From: Eledone cirrhosa
Lineage: Eukaryota
Direction of reading: 5' to 3'
Assembly: GCA_964016885.1 (NCBI GenBank)
Contig: OZ024746.1
Location: 83,700,001-83,764,000, forward strand
DNA: 64,000 bases
In this document: piece after piece, positions 13,401 through 27,918 of the stretch
Layout: every line of letters begins with the position of its first letter
Numbering within the stretch: the first letter of the stretch is position 1
The notes under the pieces: generated by a model
Seen by the model: the letters and a program-made list of their open reading frames with translations, nothing else
The model's database searches: none
Told to the model about the DNA's origin: nothing
Program-made: the position numbers and the translations under genes

Positions 13401-13923
13401 AGAAGTGTTGCTATCACTTCTTGATTTAATAGTTGTTAGTAGGAAAGGTTTCAGACAAATGTTTCAATTTCCTAAATGGCAGAAAATTAGCCAAACCATT
13501 ACTGTCATAAAAAAATACTTTTCAGTATTTGTTCTGGCTCTTTGCATTCCCATTTTAAATTCTGTTGAGGTTGTTTTTGCTTTTCATCCTTTTCAGGTTA
13601 GTAAAATAAAGTACTAGTCAAGTTCAGTGAATTGATGGTATTGATAGTGTGTCAGACGAGATGGTTCGCAGTATTTATTCTGTCCTCGGGTCAATCATTC
13701 TATGGCCTACTTAGGTTGGGGACTTAATCTATCATCCAGTTTAACACTACTCTTTGAGTGCTTTTAGTAGAGTCCCTAACAGCACCGGTATTTGTACCTT
13801 TGCACAATCATACTCGTGTATGCCCACATACTTGTGATTGCAGGTACATATACACTTGCACACACACACATGTACACACACACACTCATCCACACGTATA
13901 CTTGTGTCTGCACATATCCATAC

Positions 13924-13957
<34 letters not shown>

Positions 13958-14281
13958 TCCCAGATTCATACTGCCAACTTATGCACTCACCCATTCACTC
14001 ATGTACACACTCACTCACCCATTCATACGAAGTCACTGTCCCACTTAAACCCACTCATACTCAACTCCCCCTTTCATACACACTCGTATATACACTCACT
14101 TGCATATGCTTTGACTCAAACACCCAGTTGCATATCCACTCACGTACGCACTTAGTCACATACACATGCTATTGCACACACTCACAAACCCCAACACACA
14201 CCATCAGCACACAGCTTCATACTTATAGAAAGAACAATGGCAAGATACAACTTGCAAGTTATATTTTATTCTTCTTTTCAG

Positions 14282-14341
14282 GAAAGGCCGAAAATCTCTG
14301 CTATAGATAGATTACAAGACAAATCTCGGGAAAGTTTTAAG
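14282..14341 (+). CDS. Candidate 60-nt internal coding exon (ERPKISAIDRLQDKSRESFK) of an unidentified gene
   Basis: Strong acceptor ttttattcttcttttcag and donor AAG|gtaacc; only phase 0 is open, length is a multiple of 3, sequence is non-repetitive. Confidence 0.45.
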
Positions 14342-14872
14342 GTAACCAACTCAAGATTTCTTGATTTTGTCTACTTCATTTATTTATATTTGTATCTATT
14401 TTGGCTCTGCCCATCTCTATTGTTCTGTACAATATATATGTATATAGGTGGCAAATTAGTAGAGTCATTAGAATGCTGGATAGGATGCTTTGCGGTATTC
14501 GTTCCAGCTCTCTGCACCCTGAGTTCAAAATTCACAAAGGCCAACTTTGGCTTTTGTCTTTCCAAGATTGATAAAATGTACCATTCCATTACTGGGGTTG
14601 ATTCTTTATCTATGTCTTTTTCTCACTTCCTCTCTATTACACTCTCTTCTGGTGTGTTCAAACCTGGAGAGGAGATGAGCTCCACCAAGTTTAAAATGCC
14701 CATGGCATGCTGTTTGTCACTTTGGCACACTTACAACTCCATCAGGAGTTCCAGGTCCATATATACAGGCATACATGAATATCATCATATATATATATAT
14801 ATATATACACTCATACACAATTGCATGTATACATACATACACATATATTAGGGTTAATTTTAGAAGTATATA

Positions 14873-15737
14873 CAGGGTGCGGACGATATTTGTTCGCAAG
14901 TCTAGGAAAAAATAACACAGTTTTATTTTTAAGGATATATTTATCAAACTTGGGTCAGTTTGTCTTCATGACTTGTTCTTTCGATCTCACTCGATAAACC
15001 CGCCATTAGCTTTGATGACGGCCTCAAGGCGGCCTCAGAACTGGCTACAGGCCTTCGTCACTGTCCCCCGACTTAGGCCCCTAAAGGCACTTGTGATCCT
15101 GGCCTTCAGATCGTCTTTCGTATTGCAGCTAGATCTGTTGGTGTCTCGTTCCACTGTGCCCCACACAAAGAAGTTGAGGGGCTTGCAGTCAGGCGAGCTG
15201 GGAGGCCAGATGTCAGGTGAAGTGTGGTCGACGAAGTTCTCTGACAGCCAGGCTTGGGTCTTTCGGCTGGTATGGCAGGGCGCTGAGTCTTGCTGCCACA
15301 CGTACGGCCTACCTGCAGCTACCTGGTCGATCCAGGGCTTTACTACCTCACTCAGAACGCAGATGTAGCCATCGGTGTTCAGCTTGAGGCCCTCAAGGAA
15401 GAAGTGAGGTGGCATGACGACACCTAAGACCAATGTTGTCACTGGAAACTTTTGTCTGCATGACTCTGGGCACGTCTTTGGATGAGACACCATTCTCCTG
15501 CTGACGCTGAGAAAGTCTGAAATTTCCTTATTTGTCCTCCCGGCACGGATTCCAAGAAGAACTCCGTGTCTCTTCCACAAATTTGGAGGTTCAAAATTAT
15601 TCATAATCAATTATTCTGAAAATAAATAATGGAAATATAGTCACTGTTTTTTATGAAGACAAGAGTGACAACGGAAGTAAAAAAATTTGCATAAAATTAG
15701 CAGTTGAAAATTGCAAACAAATATCGTCCACACCCTG
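14873..15737 (-). mobile_element. Tc1/mariner maT (DD37D) family internally deleted element, 865 bp
   Basis: TIRs CAGGGTGCGGACGATATTTGTTCGCAA / TTGCAAACAAATATCGTCCACACCCTG, TA on both sides (14871-72, 15738-39). Confidence 0.9.
15035..15610 (-). pseudogene. Deleted DD37D-type transposase ORF (N-terminal HTH fused to C-terminal catalytic half)
   Basis: WQQDSAPCH...WPPSSPDCKPLNFFVWG; 37 residues separate the second D from the third-D position (here N); first-D region missing. Confidence 0.85.
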
Positions 15738-16799
15738 TATATGTTTGTCACTGTGGATAAGATGTAAATACCTAAAGATATATAAATGAATATAACCAAT
15801 TAAATATAACTAATTAAATATATGAAAAATAAATAAAACATGAATGTCTTTCCTGCAGCTGTATGATGCATATTTCTCATGCACAAACACTATAAACATA
15901 TTAAAGAAAGCTGTATTTTGAGAAAATAGAAAGAATACAAATTAAAGAAAGGAATATATATTTTCATATATGTATTAGCTTCCATACAGGAAAAAGAATG
16001 AAGAAAGGGTGAAAAATAAACACAAACTTTGTACAATTGGTCAAAAGATGACCATTTTGTGTATGTGTGTGTGTGTGTGTGGAGAGAGCGAGAGAGTGGG
16101 TGGGTGGGGGTATGTGGTCAAACTACTTTTTGTGAATTAATAAGTGTTTTATTTAAACTGAATGTTCTCTCTTGCTACTGCAGTCTTCAGATAAGAACTA
16201 CACACAGTCACATACACACACTCACACGCATACATCACACATACACACTTACTAAGCCATCTGGTTATGGTGTTAAAATCTTTTTGTTTACAAATGGAAA
16301 TGCTGAGTCAATGTTTTGTTGATATATAAGCCAAGGCTAACTAACCAACATCTATTTGAGTCAATTGATGCATTATTTGTTTATTGGTTGAAATAATAGC
16401 TAGATACATTGCATCAGTTATCAAGCATGAAGGTTCCGGTGCCATAGATATTGTACCATATATCATATATCATATCATGTCATGTCTGCATTATCGGTGT
16501 TTCTTTATTTCGGGTGAAGGTTGGAGCAAAAATAATGAAATCCAATTGGTTAAATATTCTCGCGTCAATACTTTGTTGATTTTCTGGTGCAGGCAAGCTG
16601 GGTTTAACTATGCTGTTGTCTCATTTCTCTTTAGCTGTGTCAAAGACATGAAAGCCTCACTAGTTAGTATTGATGCCACAATAAAATGCATCCAATGCAC
16701 TTGGTAGTGTGCGTGAATGTCAGTAGCATCCAACCCTTGGTAACAGTGAAAGCAGACATTAAATGATGATGAGGATGATAATAAGAATTATAATAATGA

Positions 16800-17012
16800 T
16801 TTCTGATTTAGGGACAAGGCCAGCAATTTGAAAGGAAAGAGAAAGTCGATTAAATCAACCCCAGTGCGTGACTGCTACTTTATTTTATCGACCCCGTATT
16901 TGATGAAAGGCAAAGTTAACCTCGATGAGTTTGAACTCAGAACGTAAAGGGCCTTAACTAAATACTGCAAAGCATTTTGTCAGATGCTCTACCGATTCTG
17001 CCAATCCATCAC
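16800..17012 (-). mobile_element. SINE family A copy; further copies near 14447-14605, 18995-19135, 20503-20930 (two tandem), 24893-25075, 26200-26415(-), 36845-37025(-), 47355-47570, 52020-52160
   Basis: Reverse complement of the A-box/B-box head and the ATCGACCCC..GATGAAAGGCAAAG core. Confidence 0.8.
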
Positions 17013-17014
17013 CC

Positions 17015-17195
17015 TTATAATAATAATAATAATGAAAATTATTGTGTACAGTGCTCAGGTGCAATACAATTCATCAAAGGTGCATGTATAGTACTTAGAA
17101 TAATGTACAAATATCAGGAAAGGGAACAGTGTATGAGTCATGACATACACTCAAATACTTGCTTGCATGTGCATGGAGGGGGAATATCAGATGCT
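17015..17195 (-). mobile_element. 3' end of an L2/CR1-type LINE with (ATT)n tail; second, longer copy at 54392-54635
   Basis: Two dispersed, similar copies ending (minus strand) GCACCTGAGCRCTGTACACAATAATTTTC(ATT)n. Confidence 0.55.
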
Positions 17196-17464
17196 AATGA
17201 TGTTATGGTTCAGAAAAGTAGGGGTTTTAATTAAAATGTAATTTAAAATTTTCTCCTACTTCTGATTACCAATATCTTTCCTGTCATTACTATGTATCAG
17301 CTATATTCTTCCTTTGTTATACTTTTAAATATATGATTTCTGTCAATGAGTAAAATTTATAGGAAAAAACCCAAATCCTACAAGGTTCATCACTAATATT
17401 GCTGTTGTTATGTGTGTGTGTGTGTGTGTGCGTGCGAACGTATACATTTGTTTGTGTGTATGTA

Positions 17465-17508
<44 letters not shown>

Positions 17509-17688
17509 GTAATAATAATAAATACAAAGATCAAAATCCAAAGAGGACTCAATAAGGGTTGTGTATATATATATAAACGATGATATATATATATATATAT
17601 ATATATAACAAGCTAAAAACAGATATGAGCAAGATGTAGTCACCTAACTCATTAGGAGTCATAGGACCATACCATATGATGTAATTAA

Positions 17689-17897
17689 CCCATTAGCATT
17701 TACATTACTTTATATATACTATTGTATTTTTGTGGTAAATGCTTTATCTTACATAATATTGAATCTATGAGGTTTTGATGTTATTTATTTTGAGAACAAT
17801 ACCTTAACATCAATATGAGCAGCCAGTTATAGCCAGTTTGAACTGAAAGAGGTGAGGGGAATTCTGGCTGGATATGGCCGGTTTAAATGCTATAGGG
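17689..17897 (-). mobile_element. piggyBac-type MITE family 1, inverted copy
   Basis: TTAA|CCCATTAGCATTTA ... TAAATGCTATAGGG|TTAA; interior is the reverse complement of 3265-3485. Confidence 0.85.
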
Positions 17898-20114
17898 TTA
17901 ATCAAAATTACAACCAGCTTCTAATGTATACACTAAATATCATGTCTTCTCCAAATATATTACTAATCTGCATCATAACTAGTTAATGTTCTTAAACTGT
18001 TTCACCTTTCCATAGCTGTTAAATAGAGCTTCTTAAATTATTAAGGTGCATACATGCACATGTATAGATATGTTTATTGAAGCTAGGTCTATTATCAGTG
18101 AAGCCTATCTGATATAGTCTGCCTCTAATGCATCATTGCTTGAGTGAATAGTACCCAGCTGTTCGATAAATAGCTTAGCTTCATACAGCTATGTAAATGT
18201 ATGAATATCTAAATTTTCTAAGCGATTCACCTTTCTTTTTGTTTTTATTCCTTTCTGTATTGTTATATCTGGGTTTAACGATGTCTTTTGTTAAATATTC
18301 AACAGTTAGAGATTAAAATGACTGCAATTTAGAGTTTCACGTCCAAAGAATTTCTTCACAATCTGTTGCTAGTTTGTACCCAGAAGTATACAATGTACAA
18401 TATAATTCATTATTTCTGTAGAGATGCACATGAAGTAGGTTAACTGTTCATGTTCTCTTGCATAATAAATCTTCTTTTCTCACTTCAAGTGGCAGAGGCA
18501 AAAAAGATTGCAAAACTAAGCTATTTTTGACTCGAGTGTTCTGAAGTTAATTCCTTCCTAGATCACCTTTGCCTCCTAATTATGTTCCCAATTCTGCTTG
18601 ATAAAGGCATAAATATCCCAAAATCATAGATTCCTTTTCTTTCTATTATTGGACTGCAATCATGCTGGCACCACTGCCCTAACTCTTTTGATACCAACTT
18701 ACCCCAAACCGGCTCTGGTTCTAGGAAACAAAACCACGCATTTTAAAGAATTCTTTTGTAAATTAAAATCTTTCAACGTGATTTTATATAAGAAGCATAC
18801 GTTAAGTTAGTATCATAGTAATGAAATGATTAATAATTTTAGTAAATCCCTCAGAATTCTTCAGTAAGTAGTTATTTCAGTCTGGCACTGAGTTTATCAG
18901 TTCATTGGTTTTTATTTTTGTGTATAAAGGGGTACAACTCAAATCACTATGGTTTGGTATTTATAACTTAATTTGCTAGTTAGTGCAACAAAGGTGGGGA
19001 ATTAGCAGAATTGTTAGGGCATCAGATGAAAAGTGCTTCAGTATTTGTTACAGTTGACTGCGCTCTGAGTTCAAATTTTACCAAGGTTAACTCTGCCGTT
19101 CATCAATAAATAAAGTACCTATACCAGGGTTGATTCTCTCACTCTCTTTCTCAGAAGAAGAAGAAATTAGCTGTGTTCTAACCTGGAGAGTGATGAACTC
19201 CACCAGGTTTAAAATGTCTAAGATACACCATTTGTCAGAACAACATCCCTATGTCTTTACTAGGAGGTTACCTCAGTAGGTGTAACAACCACTTTCTAGA
19301 TTTCCAATTAATCTTAGTCTTGTTTTTTATCTGTACAGGCCCTTATTGCATCTACTTATATACTATTGATCATTGTTTTGCCATAGAAATTGAAGTCTAA
19401 TTGTTAACTTGTACATGCATAAGCAAGTGTCTGTGTGTGCATGTAAGTGCAACAGTGAACATACATGTGTATAAGAGTGACTGTGTGAGTGTACACATAA
19501 GTGACTGTGCATACATGCATGTGTGAGAGTGACTGAGTGTGTATGCATGTATATGTGTGAAGGTAACTGCATGCTTGCATGTGTGAAAGCGACTATGTGT
19601 GCATACATGTGTGAATGTACATGTGTCTGCATGTGCATGTACATTAGTATTTGTGCATATATGCATGAACAAATGTCTGTATGCATGTGTGCACGAGTGC
19701 CTGTGTATGTGGGCATGTACATGAGAGTGTCTGTGTGTATAAGCGAAGGAGTGTAGTTGCCAACCAGCCAACCTGCCAGTTTAGATCTCTGTATATAGTC
19801 AATCATAAGTTTTGACCTTTTAAATAGTCAGAAAGTATTGTTTGGCCCTTAACAGTCTGGCAAGGAGGGATTTACTGTTATAGCATTATAGTCTCTTTCT
19901 ATTGTGTTTATGTATGAGCACTGTTTGTGATCTATTGGTTCTTTCAGTTGTTGTTGTTGTTGTCTGATATCAAAGGAAGTGGTGTATGACTTAGCTGATC
20001 TTTATATGGCTTCAATGATAGACAAAAGAACAAATTGGGAATTATTATATCAAAATAGCATTTCTAAGCTTAAACTTAACCATCAAATTTCACTCCTGAC
20101 TTACTCTGACTTTT

Positions 20115-20181
<67 letters not shown>

Positions 20182-22809
20182 CACCCCTTCTCTCTCATGT
20201 TCTTTATTATACTTAGGAGACAATTTAGCAACCATGTCTTGGAGTGAATAAATCCCTAATATCTTTCATCAAACAATCAATCATTTGAGATATTATTTAA
20301 CTCATGAAGCTATAATAAATGGGCAATTGCTTGAGGAAGGAGTTAAGAGAGCCTTTTTTTCCCTATAATTATTATTTTATTTTATTTTTGTCTTTATGGA
20401 CATAATAGAGGCATAATTTCACAATGAGATAAAAGAAATAATCAAATACCACAGTTTGATTATTTATAATCAGTGGCATTGTTTTATTATAGATTCAGCC
20501 AGGGACGATGGATTGGCAGTATCGGACAACAACATACTTTGTGGCATATAGTTATGTCCCTTTATGTTATGAGTTCAAATCTCATCGAAGTTAGCTTTGC
20601 CTTTCGTCCTTACAGGGTCAATAAAGTAAGGCACCAGTAACACACTGGGGTCAATTTAATCAACTTTTCCCTCCCACCAACTTGTGCCTATATCAGAAAC
20701 CATTACTATGGATTTGACAATATTGATAAAGTGACTGACAGAATGCTTTGTGGTATTTAGTTATGGCCCTTTATATTCTGAGTTTAAATCCCGCTGAAGT
20801 TAGCTTTGCCTTTCATCCTTACGGGGTTGATAAAATAAAGTACCAGTCACACACTAGGGTTGATTTAATCAATTTTTGCCCTCCCCCAAAATTGCCTGCC
20901 TTGTGCCTGAATTAGAAACCATTATTATTATTATTTTATAGCTTAGTCAAGGAGGGAAGGACCGTGCACATAACATGACAACTTCTTTAGTGTTGCCGCC
21001 ATTATAAAATACACTCAGAAGAGTGCGACAACTTATATTGGGCCCCCAGTCCACCTAGAGCCAGTGGCTTTGTTTGAGTACTAATTAGTCTATGATGACA
21101 TATCCAATCCTTGTTAGCAGTGAAAACGGATGCTAAATGATGGTGATGTTAATGATAAATCCTTTAAAACACATTGTTTTATTGTAGAACCAGGGGTGGT
21201 TGGTACTTATTTTATCAACCTCAAAAGGATAAGCAGAGAGCTGGAATACATATAACAAAGCTTTCTATCCAATATTCTAATGGCGTTGCAAATTTGCCGC
21301 TAGGGTACGTTATGCCTAGATAAAAACAAATGGCTGGTTGTGGCTGAAATGCCTTTGATCATAGGTCTGCTTAATCAAGACCTATTTTAGGATAAACATC
21401 AACAAAAACTTGTTGCTTTATCCATCTTTCTTTTTTTTATTTTTTATTTTTTTTATTTACTGACTCTCTCAGACAATGGAGGATACCATAACACCTCCAG
21501 TTGTTCCCTACTTCCTTCCATAGAATGCACTATGTTTCCTAACAGCCAGCTGTTTTATTGTTATTATTATTATTATTATTATGATGATGATGATGATGAT
21601 GATGATTATACAAAATATTCTAGTTTTCAAACCTTTGTCATGTGGAATTGATTTTATTATTACATAATCCAATCTGTATAGGAGTAATTGTTTTACCAGA
21701 CAACAGCTCTCTGTGCTTTTTACCATCATAAACATGTTTCTTACATATCTGAAAAATCACATGACATATTTGTGGATACCCATTACATCAAATATCTGCA
21801 CATACACATGCAATCACTCACATACACATACTCACTCATACACACATACACACTCACTCACACACAGTTTCATATAGACCAATCGACTATACTCCTAAAT
21901 CAGTCTTTTGTGTTGAAATATGCCATTGTTTTATGTTGGTATTTTAAGAATTTGGTTAAGACCTGTTGAAAAGAATTGGATATGAATTCATGTTGTTAAT
22001 AAATAATAGTTGTTTAGAAATATGTCAGAATATTCCAGATTGGAAACCAGTCACATCCTGTCACAGTGGATAACGAGTTTTAAATATATCTATGAAAACT
22101 CAAAACTAATTTATCAACAATGCCAGCTTATTTCATAATTTTTGCTTGCATGTTTTTGTTTGTTTGTTTGTTTTTTGGTATTGTTGAATAAAAATTTATT
22201 TAGAAATGTTGAATATTGATTCAAAGAAGAAATGTCAAGGACAAGATTATGGAATTCATAGGTATTTGTTTTGTTTTAGTTTTGAATCTTATACATCGGT
22301 TTCAATATATTTTGAATATTATTTCTAAATTGACATAAAGCTGTCTAGGTTTGATTGTTGAATATTTTGACTCTAGTTCTCTAGGGGAACTGATATACCA
22401 GAAACACATATATATATACATATATACACATATGCAAGCAGGGAAAAGTGGACATAAAATGATGATGATACACACTCATATACACATATAATGATTGCAC
22501 ACAATTTTTTCTTCTTTTTGTTTGGTCCATGTTTCATTCATAATCTACAATCTAACAAAATTGCTATAAAATATTTATTTAGAATTCATGAAATAGGATT
22601 AAAAGTAAGACAAAAAAGGGGAGGGACAAAGGTTTTAAATGTTCTAAGATGTTTTCATTCATACAAGAAGTTGGTGTTCTTTGCCAACAGCGTTGTCTAT
22701 CAGTCACTTTTATGTACAAACTCACAACTATTACAGTTTAAACACAAGCACACACATCATCATCTTCGTTTAACGTCCATCTTCCACGCTAGCATGGAAG
22801 ATCAGCAAT

Positions 22810-23045
22810 TGCCCATGCATACAACGAGTCTTCCCTCTCCACACCATGGATGTTGTCCAAGGGAAAGGCAATGGCTGATACAGTTTGGCATCAGTGACAT
22901 CGTAACTCATTCCTACAGTTGAGTAAACTGGAGCAATGTGAAATAAAGTGTCTTGTTCAATGACACAACTCATTGCCCGGTTCAGGAATCAAACTCACAA
23001 CCTCACGATTGTATGCCCAACATTCTAACCACTAAGCCAGATACA
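22810..23045 (-). mobile_element. tRNA-derived SINE family C; other copies near 24270-24495(-), 29960-30085(+), 39305-39497(-), 52470-52630(-), 55430-55752(-)
   Basis: GCAATGTGAAATAAAGTGTCTTG.TCAA.GACAC..GGAATC.AACTCACAACC..CTAACCACT (reverse complement of tRNA head plus GTGTCCTTGAGCAAGACACTT core). Confidence 0.75.
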
Positions 23046-26000
23046 TGTATATGTGTTTACATTTACTATTTATTTTTGTCTTGTAACTTTGTAGCTCAAC
23101 AAATAGTAACTAAAATAAGAACTAGACTTGAAAAATAAGTACTGTGTGTCGATGTAATAGATTAAATTCTTTGTAGATAGTGCTCTAATATGACCTCAGT
23201 CTAATGACTGAAACCAGTAAGAGAATGTGTGTCTATATATATATATAATCTTGGATTAAGAATATTACAGACATTCAAGCATCTGTTAGTATCACAGCTC
23301 ACACCATCCCTTCACCTTCTCCTCAATCATTCTAATTCAGTTTATTTTATACTTTTTAATTTTGATTTCTGTGAAATAAATTGGTTGTCAGAAATCATGT
23401 CAAAGAGACTCAGGATTTGAAGCATGACAATGTGTCTACATATTGAGTAAAGAAGATAATTGTAATATCAATCATGGTAGGAATGGTCTCTGATAGAGTA
23501 GACAGACAGACTTTGCTAAGATATAGATTAAATGCAGAATGAAAGTTAAAGCATGAATCTGTTTTGTTATGAAAAGCCAGACTAATATGCATAGCAGAGT
23601 TTGAGGCAGATCCGTTAAAATTTAGTATGATATTCATTAGAACTTAATTCTCTACTAATGGCCACATTCAACAAGGAAGCCTTTATAGTACTGCTTGACG
23701 TGTTAGAAATAACAGCTAAATTATAGTGAGTCATGCATATTTTCTGTTTTTAAGGGTGAATAGGATTCTTTTAACTGCCTGATGCCAACCTTTATTTATT
23801 TTTAAATAAGGTACTTTATTCAACTGGCCTTCACATGTGTGGAACATATTCTTTATGCAAGACATCGCCTGTTCACAAATGATGTAAATGTAGAGACACT
23901 TGAAGACAAACATACACACACATGTAAAACAGGTTTCTGTACAGTTCAAATTTCACTCATACAACATTGTTTGGCCTTAGGCTATTGTAGATGGCACATG
24001 CTAAAGGTGAAATTGAACCACAAATCATGAAGCAATTGTCTTAACCACACAACCTTGGCTCCAGAAACAAATAGATAACTCTCAAATAAAATCAAGATTT
24101 TTTGGTAGAAATTTTGAGAACTCTCTTAGAACAGTTTTGCCATTAAAGCAATCTGAATATAAGTCACCACCCCAACTCCCATTTATGTTTGACTATGAAT
24201 TTGTACCTCGAAAGTTCTTCACCAAGAGGTAAGCCTAAGAAAGGTATCTTGTGGAAGTCCAACAGTGCCCAGGGATGGCTGTCCTCCTTCTCCACACTAT
24301 CATTGTTGTTCAAGGGAAAGGCAAATGTTGACACAGCTTGGCACCAGTGTCGTTGCAACTCATTTTTTCCTAGCTGAGTGATCTAAGAGCAAATTTAAAT
24401 AAAGTGTCTTGCTCAATGAACACAACATGCCACCTGATCTGGGAATTGAAGTCATAATCATGATCCTAACATGCTAACCACTAGACCACATACCCCTGCT
24501 GAACATAATTAAGATTAAAATGATTATATTCCTTAATAATTATCTTCATTTGAACAGCTTCATAGCTGTGTCAACCAGAAAATATATATTATAATGTGGC
24601 TGGCAAGTTTACTATTCAACATCCTTTTGATAAACATTATTGATCTCCTATATGAACATATGATCTTGTCATATTTGTAGTGAGGGAGTTAAGGAAATAA
24701 GTCTGTGGTATTCATGCCTTTCTCAAGGTTATTAGCTATGTAAATCAAATGAAAAGCCTATCATGGGGTACTGAAATTTGATGTAGGTCTGCCTATAGTT
24801 GTATTGTCTGCCCCACCTCACCATTTCTTTGTGTGTATTGTTGTATTACATAAAGCACTGTTACTAATGGTTGTGAATGTTACTTCTCTTCAGGGCAATG
24901 GATAACAGAATTGGTAGAGTGGTGGGTAAAAATCTTGTGCTATTTCTTTTGGCTCTTTACATTCATTCTGAGTTCAAATGCCACCGGGGTCAACTTTGCC
25001 TTTCATCCTTCTAGGGTCAATAAAATATAGTACTAGTAATGTACTGAGGTCGATTTAATCAGAAACCATTATTATTATTATTACTGTTGAAACTGATGGA
25101 GGTCCATTTATTTTTTTAAAAATCTGTTTGATACCAAACTGCCTGAAACCATCTCTAGTTCTATGATACAAAATTGTTTAGTTTAAAGTGTATATATTTA
25201 TCTAAGAAAATTTCATATATGTAAGAACATTTGTTAAGTCATGTTCCAAATACCAGCTTAATAATGAGAATATTTGTTATTTTATTAAATCTCTTGAAAT
25301 TCTTGTTTATTTTGAAAATGATTTGGAATTTATAGGCCATGTCTTTCATTAGAAACATGTTAATGAAAGGGTTAAGCTTCATAGAATAACATTGTTTTTT
25401 TGTTTTTTTGCTGCAATATAAAGTTATTGTTAGTGAGAAGTGTAAACAATCTGAAATAGTTCATACATTAATTAGTGGATGATAATTGTTAGGAGACTAT
25501 TAAGAGACAAGGGCAACATATAAGGTAGTATCGTTGTTATTTCTGTTGTTAAATACAACAGACATCTATCACCAGCTTAATAAGTAAAAAAAAGTTATAC
25601 AACTAAATTCCTCTAAATTATTAATAACTTACAAAATTATTTGAAAATTATAGACAGTGTTTTGTATTAGATTATATAGTAACAGGTCTCCCAAGAGAAA
25701 TTTTGCAAGGTGGTACAAGACCCCTCTAGGGCCCGAAGCAGGCAAATATTTTTCTCAAAATGGATGTTGCATGGCTGCTGTGGTGCCTTCTTAGCTCTTG
25801 GGTCCTGGAACAAAATACTGGCTGGACCCAACTCTCATATAGTAACAAAAGTGTTAAAGTGTTGATATTTATTTTAAAAACTTCCATTCATAATCTTATG
25901 CAAGAACCTTTATTATGTTCTAAACGCCAGCTTAACAATGAAAAAGTCAGTTATATAACTAAATCCCCCCATTTAATGTTAATGTCTATCTTTTTACACA

Positions 26001-26896
26001 TTTAACAAGTGAAAATAATTTCTTATTTAAGTACAAGGTCAATAATTTGGGAAGAGGGGAAAGTCGATTATATCAAATTCCTGCCCCATACGAAGGATAA
26101 AAGGCAAATTTAACATCTCTGGGGTTTGAACTCTAAAATCAAAGAACCAGAAGAAATATGGCAAGATATTTGTCCTAATGCTGGGTGAAAATAATGGTTT
26201 ATAATTTGGGCACAAGGCCAGCAATTTTAGAGGATGAGGCTAATCGATTAAATCAATCCAAGTACTTTACTGGTATTTTATTTTATCGACTCTCCAGAAG
26301 GATGAAAGGTAAAGTTGACTTCAGCGAGATTTGAACTCTGAATTTAAAGGGCTGTAACTTAAGGCTACAAACAATTTTGTTCAATACTCTAATGATTCTG
26401 CCAAACTACCACCCTTCTGTGTTGTGGGGAAATAGTGTAGGCTGTATTTGGTGAATGTAATTTAGGTGAGCCTAAATTAACATTTCATCCCCAGATTAAC
26501 TGTTACTAGTTGTAATTCCAACCTATAAAAGTTTGTAGGGACCTGATTCAGAAATAATTGCCCAGTTTTTTTTTGTTTTTTTTATCTTTCACTTGACTGT
26601 AAATTTGTCACAAGTGGATTGTTGCATTTTATAAATGTTCATACAATGTTATTTACAGTCATAGTGTTTATGTCTGTAATTAGGGATGTTCTTTGTGTGG
26701 TGTGGGAGTGTGCATGTTTGTGTGATCTGACACATTTCTATTTGAGTATAGTCTACTTATATATATATACGCACATATACATATATACATACATACATAC
26801 GTACATATATATATATATGTATGTATATACATATATATATATATATATAAATACACACACATATATATATATAAATACCCCCCCCCCCCCATCACA

Positions 26897-26936
<40 letters not shown>

Positions 26937-27918
26937 CATCATCATCGTTTAACGTCTATCTTCCACGCTAGCATGTTTGTGTGTATGTTCTGAAATTTTT
27001 TATTATTAGTGTGTAGTCCACTTCTCCAGTGATTGTGTGTTATTGTATGCAACGGATTCATGCACACCAACACACACATGCACAGAGACACATATTTGCA
27101 CAGTCACATACATGCATTCATAAACACAACTTACAAGAAATGTTTCTTTCCTACACTGTATCAGATGTTGTACCACCACCACCACCATCATCATTTTACA
27201 TCTGTTTTATGATGATGATGATGATGATATGTATCATTAGCTGACTTGTACAATTCTACCCATTTAACTATAAATACATAATTAATAGCAATAGTTAGTA
27301 TACCGAGATTCTCTAATTTCTCTTTTGCTCCACACCCTGTATCGCAGTAAAACTGTTGCAGCCTGGTATAAATGTTTTCACAATTTTTCTAAAGTTTCCC
27401 ACCCCATACTCTCACTTATATCTATCTCCTTCATTGCTGATTGCTGTGATGATAATGTTTTGTATTGCAGCGGATTTAATCAGCTTGCATTGCACGTGTA
27501 TGTGCACACAAACACACAGACACAAAGTTCTCTTCTGTGTGGGCCACAAGAGTTTGTAGTACATTGTTTACCAGGGAGTTAAACTTATTAAAATTTTACC
27601 TGTTGTGTCCTTACTTGGTTAACTTGTTGCAAATTGGACTAAGCCAGTCAGTCCTTCACCTGTGTGTGTGTGTGTGTGAGTGTGTGTGTGTTTGTGTTAT
27701 GTTGGGTGGCTTACTTAGGCTTAGCTCAGTAGCCCGGTAGCAGCAATGACAATCAATAATTTTTGTCTTACCCAAAAATTCAGGTAGACCAACATAATAA
27801 TAATAATAATAATAAAAAAAAATTATATTTAAAAAGAAAAAAAAAAAAAAAGCACATTTAGGTAAAGAATGGTAAAAAAGAAAAATTAAGTGTGGTTAAA
27901 AAACCCCCCAAAACTTAC

